From assembly GCA_964502995.1 (NCBI GenBank), contig CAZCZB010000006.1, positions 16,057 to 80,056 of the forward strand: a DNA stretch of 64,000 nt. Reading direction: 5' to 3'. Numbering within the stretch: the stretch's first letter is position 1; each line of letters starts with the position of its first letter. The notes beneath the pieces are model-generated. The model saw nothing but the letters and a program-made list of their open reading frames with translations. It was not told the DNA's origin and made no database searches. This DNA is from an uncultured Dehalococcoidia bacterium. GTDB lineage: Bacteria > Chloroflexota > Dehalococcoidia > Lucifugimonadales > UBA3495. The position numbers were made by a program, and so were the translations under genes. Below, in pieces: positions 17,722 through 25,497 of this stretch.

Positions 17722-18081
17722 CTATTGGTCGTCCTCGGGGCCCTTGGGCATTCCCGCGTCAATCCACGCCGCGATTTCGGCTGCCTCTGCACGCGACAGG
17801 AACGGGCCGCGCAAGGGCATCCGGCCAAAGGTTCCGCAACCCAACCGAAGAGAACGCACCAGGTGCGTTTCGGCGCCCGGCTTGCCCGGCTCGATGGATG
17901 GATAGCCGTTCAGCACCGATGCGGCCAGTTCCTCCGGCGTCTCCCACCAGTATTCGTGGATGCCAGGGTAGGGATCCCGGCCGTGGCGGTCGATCCAGCG
18001 CTCCATTATGCCGTCGAGCAGTTCCTTGACCCGCGGCCAATAGACGGGAGCGGATTCGTTCGGGTTTGCGTTGGTGGTCAT
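17722..18081 (-). CDS. Hypothetical protein (119 aa)
   Basis: The track ORF 17722..18204 is trimmed to the internal ATG at 18081 (MTTNANPNESAPVYW...), which has GGAGA upstream. The C-terminal FGRMPLRGPFLSRAEAAEIAAWIDAGMP resembles the tail of planctomycete-type cytochrome-c (PSCyt) domains, but there is no CxxCH. Confidence 0.55.
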   Translation of the reverse strand: MTTNANPNESAPVYWPRVKELLDGIMERWIDRHGRDPYPGIHEYWWETPEELAASVLNGYPSIEPGKPGAETHLVRSLRLGCGTFGRMPLRGPFLSRAEAAEIAAWIDAGMPKGPEDDQ

Positions 18082-18112
18082 CTTACGGCGATCTCCATGT
18101 GTTTGATGACTG

Positions 18113-18604
18113 TTATCGTGGGTGTTCCTGCACCGATTCGCGCTGCAGCAATTCCAGCGCGTGGGGCAGCACCGGCAGAACCACGTCCAGGCACTCGCCG
18201 ACACCGCGAGGGCTGCCGGGCAGCGTGATGATGAGCGTATATCCCCTGATGCCCACGACCGAACGGCTCAGCATGGCCATCGGGGTGAACCGGAGGGTCT
18301 GAGCGCGCATGGTCTCGGCCATGCCGGGAACCTCGCGGTCCATGGCGCGGCTCACGGCCTCGGGGGTAACGTCCCGCCGACCCATGCCGGTGCCGCCGGT
18401 GGTTACGATGAGGTCCACTTCGCCGGAGTCGGCCCACTCACTTACGCGGTTGGTGATCACGTCAGCGTCGTCGGCAACTATTTCGTAGCGCACTTCTTCG
18501 TAGTCGGGCGGCGGCAACTTGTCGCGGACGGCCCGGCCCCCGGTATCCTCACGCTGGCCGTGCGCTCCTGAAGTGCTGACAGTAAGAATGGCGAGACGGT
18601 GCAT
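18113..18604 (-). CDS. MoaB/MogA-family molybdenum cofactor biosynthesis protein
   Basis: The track ORF 18113..19057 is trimmed to the ATG at 18604 (MHRLAILTVSTSG...). It contains DLIVTTGGTGMGRRDVTPEA and LPGSPRG, both typical MoCF_biosynth motifs. Confidence 0.85.
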   Translation of the reverse strand: MHRLAILTVSTSGAHGQREDTGGRAVRDKLPPPDYEEVRYEIVADDADVITNRVSEWADSGEVDLIVTTGGTGMGRRDVTPEAVSRAMDREVPGMAETMRAQTLRFTPMAMLSRSVVGIRGYTLIITLPGSPRGVGECLDVVLPVLPHALELLQRESVQEHPR

Positions 18605-18767
18605 ATAAAGGTTCGCTATAGCCGGGTTGATGCTGGCAGCAATCATACCATACCGCCCCACCGCCCATTGGCATATAATGGCGGCGGAATAAACCGCAGG
18701 CTGCCCGCTCACGGTGGGCTTGTCGAACCATGCGCCGACCAACCAGGCAGACCATGAGAGGTGATTT

Positions 18768-20021
18768 ATGCTCGCAATAGTAGGTGGCAATCTGATCGAC
18801 GGCAGCGGATCTCCTACCGTGGAAAACGTGGCCGTGCTGATCGACGGGGAACGCATCATAGAGGTTGGGCCGCTCGCCTCCGTCCCCATTCCCGAGGGCG
18901 CCGAGATTCTGGACGCGACGGGACACACCATCATGCCGGGACTGATTGACGTGCATGACCACCTGGCGTCGGGCGGGTACGGTCTGACCGGTCGCTGGGG
19001 AATGGACGAGCCGATGTCGCTGTTCAGCATCCGCACCTCGCAGGTGATTGAGGACACGCTGGCGGCGGGCTACACCACGGTACGCGACGCCGGCGGCCTT
19101 GATGCGGGATTCAAGATGGCCGTTGAGGAGGGTCTGATCAAAGGCCCGCGCCTGGTGATCTCAGTGAACATCATGTCGCCCACCGGCGGCATTGAGGACA
19201 AGGTGAGCGGCAGCGGGCACCGCAAGACCATCCTGGGCCACGACCCGTTGTCTCCCGACGGTGTGGCCGACGGCGTGGACGGCATCCGCGCCAAAGTGCG
19301 GGAGTTGATACGCTGCGGCGCCGACCAGATCAAGTTCGCGACCACCGGTGGAGCATCCGGACGCCCCGGCAACGGGCCGCTGGATCAGGCCTACGCGCTG
19401 GACGAGGCCCGGGCGCTGGTTGACGAAGCCGCCGCGCTGGGTCGCAGCACGCTTTGCCACGCCGTCGGCGGCACGGGGCTGCCCATCGCCATCCAGGCCG
19501 GCGCGGGGTCCATTGAGCATGGTTGCTACCTGGCCACGGATCCTGACATGCTCAAGATGATGGCCGATCAGGGCACGTTCTTCACGCCGACCTTCGAGGT
19601 GTACGACTTCCACAGCACGGTGAGCGTGCCGCATATCCGAGTGCGGGCACAGGCGCTGATGGACGTTCACATCCGGAGCGTGGAACTGGCGATCAAGGAG
19701 GGCGTCCGCATCGTGGCGGGAACCGACGCCGGCGGGTTCGTGCATGGCGACAACGCCCGCGAGCTTGAACTGATGGTGGAGAAGGGAATGAGCGCGTCGC
19801 TGGCGATACAGTCCGCCACGGGGTACGCCGCCGAGTGCTGCGGGCTGGGCAACGACGTGGGAACCATCGCCAAGGGCAAGCTGGCCGACATACTGGTGGT
19901 GGACGGCGACCCGCTGCGCAACATCTCGGTGCTGCGCGACCGGGAGAAGCTGCTGCTGATCATGAAGGGCGGCGACGCCTACAAGAATCTGCTGCCCGCC
20001 CGCGAATTGCAGCCGGCATAG
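18768..20021 (+). CDS. Amidohydrolase family protein (metal-dependent hydrolase)
   Basis: Track ORF of 417 aa after GAGGTG, containing IMPGLIDVHDHL (the HxH metal motif) and a GTDAG..HG region. Confidence 0.85.
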   Translation: MLAIVGGNLIDGSGSPTVENVAVLIDGERIIEVGPLASVPIPEGAEILDATGHTIMPGLIDVHDHLASGGYGLTGRWGMDEPMSLFSIRTSQVIEDTLAAGYTTVRDAGGLDAGFKMAVEEGLIKGPRLVISVNIMSPTGGIEDKVSGSGHRKTILGHDPLSPDGVADGVDGIRAKVRELIRCGADQIKFATTGGASGRPGNGPLDQAYALDEARALVDEAAALGRSTLCHAVGGTGLPIAIQAGAGSIEHGCYLATDPDMLKMMADQGTFFTPTFEVYDFHSTVSVPHIRVRAQALMDVHIRSVELAIKEGVRIVAGTDAGGFVHGDNARELELMVEKGMSASLAIQSATGYAAECCGLGNDVGTIAKGKLADILVVDGDPLRNISVLRDREKLLLIMKGGDAYKNLLPARELQPA

Positions 20022-20040
20022 GTTCGAGATTCTCACGGAC

Positions 20041-20064
20041 GGGGGCGAATGGTTATTCGCCCCC
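20041..20064. repeat. REP-type palindrome (GGGGGCGAAT-ggtt-ATTCGCCCCC)
   Basis: Intergenic between the amidohydrolase gene and trmD. It has the same GGGGCGAAT...ATTCGCCCC arms as the 17659 element. Confidence 0.6.
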
Positions 20065-20077
20065 ACATGCTTGCAGT

Positions 20078-20836
20078 ATGCGGTTCCACGTTTTGACGCT
20101 GTTCCCCGATGCGTTTCGCATCATCACGGAGTACAGCATCATCGGGCGGGCCGTGCAAGACGGGCTGATTTCGGTGGAGGCGACGGACATCAGACAGTTC
20201 ACCACCGACCGGCACGGGACCGCCGATGATTACCAGTTCGGCGGCGGGCCAGGCATGGTGATGAAAGCGGAACCGGTGTACACGGCGGTTGACGCCGCGC
20301 TGGAAAATGTACCGGAGGACGAACGGGGCAGCGTGCCGGTGATCCTGACGTCGCCGCAGGGCGTTACGCTGGACCAGGATCTTGTGGACGAATTCGCCGC
20401 TGCGCCCGGAATGGTCATCATCTGCGGGCACTATGCGGGGGTGGACGAACGCATCCGCCAGGGGCTGATTACGCACGAGGTGTCCATCGGTGATTACGTT
20501 CTGACCGGCGGCGAATTGGCGGCCATGGTGATCATCGACGCGGTGTCGCGGTTTGTGCCGGACGTTGTCGGGTCGGAGGAGAACGTGCGCGAAGACAGCA
20601 TAACGTCGGGGCTGTTGCAGCATCCGCTGTACACGCGGCCGGCCGAGTTTCGGGGCATGGCGACACCGGAGGTGCTGCGTTCCGGAAACCACGCTGAGAT
20701 CGAACGGTGGCGGCGCCAGCAATCGCTGGAGCGCACGCTGCGACTGCGGCCCGACCTGCTGGAAACCGCGCCGCTGACCAACTCCGACCGCATCTACCTG
20801 GCCGGACTGGGCTGGGACGGTGGACATGATGGCTGA
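20078..20836 (+). CDS. trmD: tRNA (guanine37-N1)-methyltransferase
   Basis: The track ORF 19835..20836 is trimmed to the ATG at 20078. It begins MRFHVLTLFPDAF, then DIRQFTTDRHGTADDYQFGGGPGMVM and GHYAGVDERI. Confidence 0.92.
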   Translation: MRFHVLTLFPDAFRIITEYSIIGRAVQDGLISVEATDIRQFTTDRHGTADDYQFGGGPGMVMKAEPVYTAVDAALENVPEDERGSVPVILTSPQGVTLDQDLVDEFAAAPGMVIICGHYAGVDERIRQGLITHEVSIGDYVLTGGELAAMVIIDAVSRFVPDVVGSEENVREDSITSGLLQHPLYTRPAEFRGMATPEVLRSGNHAEIERWRRQQSLERTLRLRPDLLETAPLTNSDRIYLAGLGWDGGHDG

Positions 20837-21338
20837 GGGCAGGCGGCGGTCTGATTACCGCTTCGGCACGCCGGTGCGCGTGCGCTGGCAGGAGTGCGAC
20901 GCGCAACACATCGCGTTCAACGGGAGTTACCTGGGCTGGCTGGAGGTGGCGCAGGCGGAGTACTTCCGCAACCTGGGGTTTGGAATCTACAAGGTCGCCG
21001 CGGCGGGTTACTTCGACAGCGCGGTGGTCAAGGTGACCATCGAGTACCGGGCGCCGGTGCGGGTGGACGAGATGCTGGACGTGCGCGCCCGGGTTACGCG
21101 AATAGGCAACACCAGCCTGACGCTGGAGGTTGCGATTTTCCAGGAGGGCGACGATCCGGAATCATCCGCGCTCACCGTCATGGAGTCGGTTTACGTTGGA
21201 TTCTACGCCGACACCGGCGGCACGCGCCCGGTGCCCGAATCCATCCGACGGTTGGTGGACGCCTGGGAACAGACGGGCGAAATCCTGCCGCTGACGGATT
21301 TTCCGGAGTTGGCCGCCGCGCAGGGAGTTGAGCCATAA
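20820..21338 (+). CDS. Acyl-CoA thioesterase, hotdog fold (YbgC/4HBT-like)
   Basis: Track ORF of 172 aa containing VRVRWQECDAQHIAFNGSYLGWLEVAQAEYFRNLG. The start is uncertain (GTG 20820, or ATG 20826/20829) and overlaps the end of trmD. Confidence 0.8.
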   Translation: MDMMAEGRRRSDYRFGTPVRVRWQECDAQHIAFNGSYLGWLEVAQAEYFRNLGFGIYKVAAAGYFDSAVVKVTIEYRAPVRVDEMLDVRARVTRIGNTSLTLEVAIFQEGDDPESSALTVMESVYVGFYADTGGTRPVPESIRRLVDAWEQTGEILPLTDFPELAAAQGVEP

Positions 21339-21386
21339 CGACGATCCAATCACGAATCACCAGACGCACGCGACGGAGGTGCAACC

Positions 21387-22052
21387 ATGTCATTCTGCGA
21401 CGAGATCGAACTGGAATCACAGGCACAGCGGGAGGCGATGGCTTTTCATCCCTTTGTGCAGGGAATCGGGAACGGCACGCTGCCGATGGACCGATTCAAG
21501 CACTTCATCACGCAGGACTATGTCTATCTGATCGACTTTGCGCGCTGCCTGGCGCTGGCCGCCGCCAAGGCGCCGGACCTGGAAACCATGTCGTGGTTCG
21601 CTCGCTCCGTGGACTATATCCTCAACACCGAGATGGAGCTGCACCGTTCGTACTGTTCGCAGTTCGGCATCACCGAGGAGGAACTGGACGCCACGGTCCA
21701 CGCGCCGACGTGCTACTCGTACACCAGCTACCTGCTCAGGGTGGCGCACCAGGGCAGTTTCGGTGAATTGGTGGCGGCGCTGCTGCCGTGCATCTGGGGG
21801 TACTGGCGGGTTGGCGAGCGCCTGGCCGATCAGGGTCTGCCGGACCATGCCGGTTACGCCGAGTGGATCCAGATGTATGCCGCTGCCGAACAACAGGGCG
21901 TGGCCGAGGAATGCCGGGCCATTTGCGACCGGGTGGCGGCGACGGCAGGTTCCGCAGAGATCGCGGCGATGAAAGAGGCGTACATCACCTGCACGCGGTA
22001 CGAGCAGGCCTTCTGGGAAATGGGCTGGACGCTGGAGGACTGGCCGGTATAA
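21387..22052 (+). CDS. tenA: TenA-family thiaminase II / aminopyrimidine aminohydrolase
   Basis: Track ORF of 221 aa after GGAGGTG, containing HPFVQGIGNGTLPMDRFKHFITQDYVYLIDFARCLA and a C-terminal YEQAFWEM. Confidence 0.85.
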   Translation: MSFCDEIELESQAQREAMAFHPFVQGIGNGTLPMDRFKHFITQDYVYLIDFARCLALAAAKAPDLETMSWFARSVDYILNTEMELHRSYCSQFGITEEELDATVHAPTCYSYTSYLLRVAHQGSFGELVAALLPCIWGYWRVGERLADQGLPDHAGYAEWIQMYAAAEQQGVAEECRAICDRVAATAGSAEIAAMKEAYITCTRYEQAFWEMGWTLEDWPV

Positions 22053-22105
22053 CGGCGCGCCGGGGTTCAGCGACACCGGCGATTGACGCAATGGATCCGG
22101 GTTGA

Positions 22106-22180
22106 TGGTCGGGGTGGGCAGATTCGAACTGCCGATCTCCTGCTCCCAAAGCAGGCGCCTTGCCGCTAGGCCACACCCCG
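22106..22180 (-). tRNA. tRNA-Pro (anticodon TGG), CCA encoded
   Basis: The minus strand reads CGGGGTG-TG-GCCT-AGCGGCA-AGGC-G-CCTGC-TTTGGGA-GCAGG-AGATC-GGCAG-TTCGAAT-CTGCC-CACCCCG-A-CCA, a full cloverleaf. Confidence 0.92.
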
Positions 22181-22218
22181 ATTGAGACCGTTCGCCTGGC
22201 CACGACCAACTAAGCAAG

Positions 22219-22290
22219 TACCCCCGCGGAGACTCGAACTCCGGTCTCTGGCTCCGGAGGCCAGCACTCTATCCACTGAGCTACGGGGGC
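22219..22290 (-). tRNA. tRNA-Arg (anticodon CCG), CCA not encoded
   Basis: The minus strand reads GCCCCCG-TA-GCTC-AGTGGATA-GAGT-G-CTGGC-CTCCGGA-GCCAG-AGAC-CGGAG-TTCGAGT-CTCCG-CGGGGGT-A. Confidence 0.9.
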
Positions 22291-22297
22291 ACTTGTT

Positions 22298-22306
22298 ATT
22301 TTAGCA
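22298..22306 (-). promoter_or_regulatory. Extended -10 element TGCTAAAAT for the tRNA-Arg/tRNA-Pro unit
   Basis: The minus strand reads ...TTGTGCTAAAATaacaagtGCCCCCG. The -10 ends 7 nt before the mature tRNA-Arg 5' end. Confidence 0.45.
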
Positions 22307-22506
22307 CAAGGCGGTTGCCACGCCGGATTGACCGGATTGGAAATCAGGGCTTTCCGACGCCGCTGCCGCCGGTGATTGTCTGAATCAGGATCTGCAGGAT
22401 TTACGGATGGGGATCCATCACTTACATCCTGAAATCGAGCAAATCGCAGTCAGGCAATGACACTTGGAACGCCCGAACCAACCGGGGGAACGGGCGAAGG
22501 GACGAC

Positions 22507-22908
22507 TCAGTAAGAGATGCCGCCTTCGCAGGAGACCATTTCGACCCGGGAGCCGGCAGCGGCCGGATCGCTTGTGTGTACCTCGTAGTGATCGCCGTTG
22601 TGGCTGAAGGTGATGCGACGGCCCGGTACGATGGCCTGGGCATAACCCATACCCTCCTGCGGGCAACCCAGGGATGCGTCGGCCCACTGCACCGCCTCAT
22701 CGCTGACCAGGACGAGGCTGTCGACCGGCGCGGACAGTCTCTCCGCCAGAAGTTCGCGGGCATCCACCTGAAGCGGGGTAAGCTGGGGCGCTTCCGGGGC
22801 GGCCTGGGCTGGGGAGGATTCGCCGCCGGCGGGTTGCTCAGATTGTGGTTCAGAACCGCAGGCTGCGAGCAATCCGGCGACCAACACCGACGCCACCAAC
22901 AGACCCAT
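22507..22908 (-). CDS. Hypothetical lipoprotein (133 aa)
   Basis: The track ORF 22507..22974 is trimmed to the ATG at 22908. It has the lipobox signal MGLLVASVLVAGLLAACGS followed by a Pro/Ala/Glu/Gln-rich linker, and no recognisable domain. Confidence 0.6.
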   Translation of the reverse strand: MGLLVASVLVAGLLAACGSEPQSEQPAGGESSPAQAAPEAPQLTPLQVDARELLAERLSAPVDSLVLVSDEAVQWADASLGCPQEGMGYAQAIVPGRRITFSHNGDHYEVHTSDPAAAGSRVEMVSCEGGISY

Positions 22909-23033
22909 AATCCGTGCCACACCGGAATGGGCTGCGAATCCTACGACGTTGTACCAACTGCACATGCTTCGCACCGTCCGGATTCAACCATGCTTGCCCG
23001 CTGATTGATCGGTTCTGCCGCCGTCGATTGCCC

Positions 23034-23060
23034 AAACAAAACGCCCCGTCTGGCGGGGCG
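23034..23060 (-). terminator. Rho-independent terminator downstream of tRNA-Asp
   Basis: The minus strand reads CGCCCCGCCAGACGGGGCG followed by TTTTGTTTGGG. Confidence 0.65.
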
Positions 23061-23089
23061 CGGGTTTATCGCGAAATCGTTGGTGAAAA

Positions 23090-23165
23090 TGGCGACCCGG
23101 AGCGGATTCGAACCGCCGATCTCTGCCTTGACAGGGCAGTATGTTAACCGCTACACCACCGGGCC
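23090..23165 (-). tRNA. tRNA-Asp (anticodon GTC), CCA encoded
   Basis: The minus strand reads GGCCCGG-TG-GTGT-AGCGGTTA-ACAT-A-CTGCC-CTGTCAA-GGCAG-AGATC-GGCGG-TTCGAAT-CCGCT-CCGGGTC-G-CCA. Confidence 0.92.
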
Positions 23166-23281
23166 GCATCACACCGCAATCGACGACTGCGTAACGAAGA
23201 TTTTAGGCAGGAACACGCCGAATTGTCAAACGGGCCGCGCCTCTCGCGGTAACCTTCCGCTCGGGTGGTTGAGTATCCGCA

Positions 23282-23306
23282 GGGGGCAGGTTTGAAACCT
23301 GCCCCC
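23282..23306. repeat. REP-type palindrome GGGGGCAGGTTT-g-AAACCTGCCCCC
   Basis: Perfect 12-bp arms, located in the 550-bp non-coding stretch after tRNA-Asp. Confidence 0.55.
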
Positions 23307-23481
23307 GCATTTGGCGGTATGGCTTGGGGATACTGACCGCCTGGATTGCAGCGATACTCCGTTCCCTGCTCGTGCCCGGATTGACGTTGTGCAAATGGGA
23401 CGGCGCTGGTATCAGACGGAGGGTGGAGTTTTTACATCGATTGACAGGATTTACAGGATGTTTGTGGTTGTGCGACGGTGG

Positions 23482-23576
23482 TTCGACAGGCTCACCATGA
23501 GCGGGGGTTGGGCTCACCATGAGCGGGGGTTGGGCTCACCATGAGCGGGGGTTGGGCTTACCTTGGGCGGGGGTTG
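23482..23576 (+). repeat. TTCGACAGGCTCACCATGAGCGG element extended into a 4 x 22-bp tandem array
   Basis: The unit GGCTCACCATGAGCGGGGGTTG occurs at 23489..23510, 23511..23532 and 23533..23554 (all identical), with a degenerate fourth copy GGCTTACCTTGGGCGGGGGTTG at 23555..23576. Confidence 0.85.
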
Positions 23577-23718
23577 TTGGGGATGTTGGGTGCGTCAGGA
23601 TTGGTGGGGTTTGGGATTTTGGTTGTGCGCTTTGACTGGCGCGTCCTGGTGGGTATAGTTGGCGTCAGATGATGAATACTGCGGGTTCGTGCAACCCGGA
23701 ACCCATGCGGAGCGAACG

Positions 23719-24969
23719 ATGACAACAGCAACACAAGCCAACCGCGATTTGCAGGCGCTGCCACTGGAAGGGCTGCGAGTTCTCGACGCCACCCACATCG
23801 TGGCCGGGCCATTTTGTTCAATGATCCTGGCCGACATGGGCGCGGAGGTCATCAAGATCGAACGGCCCGGCCGGGGAGACCAGGCGCGGTTGAATCACCC
23901 GTTTGTTGAGGGGCCGGACGGTGAGCAGGTGAGCGCGCGTTACCTGGGCGTGAACCGCAACAAGAAGAGCGTGTCGCTGGATCTGCGCGACCCGGTGGCC
24001 AAGCGCGCTTTTGAGAATATGCTCAGGGTATCCGACGTGCTGCTGGACAACTGGGGACCCGGCGCCATGGGCAGGCTGGGGTATCCATACGAGCGGCTGA
24101 GCGAGATCAACCCCGGACTGGTGTACGCCAGCATATCGGGTTACGGCGACAGCGACGGGCTGCGCGGCCCCTATTCCAACTGGCCGGCCAATAACCCGTG
24201 CGTGCAGGGCATGGGCGGCTGGATGGCGACCACGGGCACGCCGGACAGCGGCCCGCAGATGGTTGGCGACAACATGGGCGACTCGGTGCCCGGCGTCTGG
24301 ACCGCTCTCGGCATCATGCTGGCGCTGGAATCGCGGCGCAAGACGGGCAGGGGGCAGCACGTGGATATGGCGATGTACGACTGCATGGTGGCCCATACCA
24401 CCAGCAGCATGCCGCTGTACCAGTCAACGGGGCAGATCACCACCACGGCGCGGGAGAATATGTTCTCGGCGCAACTGGCGCTGCGGGCATCGGACGGGTA
24501 CGTGGTGCTGGCCGGAGCGGGCAACGCGGACGACAAGTGGCGGGCCATGTGGAACCTGATCGGGCGTCCGGAACTGGCGGAGGATCCGCGGTATCTGGGG
24601 CACGGCGTGACGGGGCCGTTCTACTTCAGCAACATCGTGCCGGCCATTGAGGAATGGTCGCAGCATCTGCCCAAGCGGGAGGTGAACCAGCACCTGCTGG
24701 ATTGCGGTTTTTCGATGGGAATCGTGCAGGATTCGGCCGACCTGGACAACTGCCCGCACCTTGAGACACGGAACATGTTCATCGACAGCGGCGATACCTT
24801 CGGCGGGTCGTTCCGTACCGTGAACACGCCGGTGCAACTCACCGGGTGCGTGGACACGCCGGCGGTACCGCCGCCTACGCTGGGGCAACACAACGCCGAC
24901 GTGCTGTGCGACCTCGGCGGGCTGACGCGGGAGGAACTGGCGCAACTCGAGGCGGAGGGCAAGGCGTAA
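23719..24969 (+). CDS. Family III CoA-transferase (CaiB/BaiF-like), third paralogue
   Basis: The track ORF 23659..24969 is trimmed to the ATG at 23719, which has GGAG upstream. Motif: GLRVLDATHIVAGPFCSMILADMGAEVIKIERPGRGD. Confidence 0.9.
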   Translation: MTTATQANRDLQALPLEGLRVLDATHIVAGPFCSMILADMGAEVIKIERPGRGDQARLNHPFVEGPDGEQVSARYLGVNRNKKSVSLDLRDPVAKRAFENMLRVSDVLLDNWGPGAMGRLGYPYERLSEINPGLVYASISGYGDSDGLRGPYSNWPANNPCVQGMGGWMATTGTPDSGPQMVGDNMGDSVPGVWTALGIMLALESRRKTGRGQHVDMAMYDCMVAHTTSSMPLYQSTGQITTTARENMFSAQLALRASDGYVVLAGAGNADDKWRAMWNLIGRPELAEDPRYLGHGVTGPFYFSNIVPAIEEWSQHLPKREVNQHLLDCGFSMGIVQDSADLDNCPHLETRNMFIDSGDTFGGSFRTVNTPVQLTGCVDTPAVPPPTLGQHNADVLCDLGGLTREELAQLEAEGKA

Positions 24970-25457
24970 TGCGGATCCCATGGGCCCGCGGCGATCGTCC
25001 CCAACAGCCAAATGTTATACTTGCAAACGGTGACAGCGCCGCGCCCTGGGCCTTCGTCGAAGGGTCAATATCGATCACGGCCAGTATCGTAATGGCGGAT
25101 GCGATCGCCCGGTGCAGCCGTTGCGACGGTTGGCCGCTGGTCTCATACTTCAAGAGGCTGACCGAACAAGAAGACGGCGTGATTATAGCGGGCATGGCGC
25201 TGCTGTTTCCAACCGCCCTGACAATTTACCTGGTGGGGAAAATGGTCTTTTCGGCTTACAGAGAGTACAAACGATGGTGGGAATCCTACAAAGAAGAACG
25301 GTTCGAGCAAGGCCGTCAAGAAGGCCGCCAAGAAGGCCGCCAAGAAGGCCGCCAAGAGGAACGGGCCCGCATGAAGCGGGATCTCGCCGAGCGCGGCGTG
25401 TCCCTGGAACCGGAAGCTGAGCGGATATTGTTCGGCGAGAACGACACCACCAACTAG
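24969..25457 (+). CDS. Hypothetical protein with one TM segment and a (QEGR)n repeat
   Basis: The ATG overlaps the upstream stop codon (TAATG at 24967..24971). The TM-like segment is VIIAGMALLFPTALTIYLVGKMVFSAY, followed by EQGRQEGRQEGRQEGRQEE. The start is uncertain: internal Met codons at about 25092 and 25195 are alternatives. Confidence 0.4.
   Translation: MRIPWARGDRPQQPNVILANGDSAAPWAFVEGSISITASIVMADAIARCSRCDGWPLVSYFKRLTEQEDGVIIAGMALLFPTALTIYLVGKMVFSAYREYKRWWESYKEERFEQGRQEGRQEGRQEGRQEERARMKRDLAERGVSLEPEAERILFGENDTTN
25308..25358 (+). repeat. 12-nt in-frame tandem repeat CAAGAAGGCCGC (about 4 copies)
   Basis: CAAGGCCGT CAAGAAGGCCGC x3 CAAGAG, which encodes the QEGR repeats. Confidence 0.9.
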
Positions 25458-25497
25458 AATCACAGCCGGCCCGACCGACGGAGCGACAACCGACGTT

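Noticed and set aside
18113-19057. N-terminally extended track ORFs (18113..19057, 19835..20836, 44332..45237, 50947..52113, 52395..53570, 17722..18204, 22507..22974)
   Set aside because: In each case the recognisable domain begins at an internal ATG with a good SD. The upstream extension overlaps a neighbouring gene or is Arg/Pro-rich junk. I therefore trimmed to the internal starts.
21339-21386. TPP riboswitch upstream of tenA; T-box leaders upstream of hisS (25458..25497) and argS (32699..32774)
   Set aside because: The intergenic spaces are only about 40-76 nt, too short for these elements, and I could see no conserved TPP (CUGAGA) or T-box motif.
23478-23504. GGTTCGA in the repeat element as a tRNA T-loop, or a tRNA-Sec candidate
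   Set aside because: No complementary T-stem, acceptor stem or anticodon arm can be drawn around it. The same sequence recurs as a dispersed repeat.
23489-23576. Possible CRISPR array (regularly repeated 22-mers)
   Set aside because: The units are directly abutting tandem repeats with no spacers. The unit is shorter than CRISPR repeats, and no cas genes are present.
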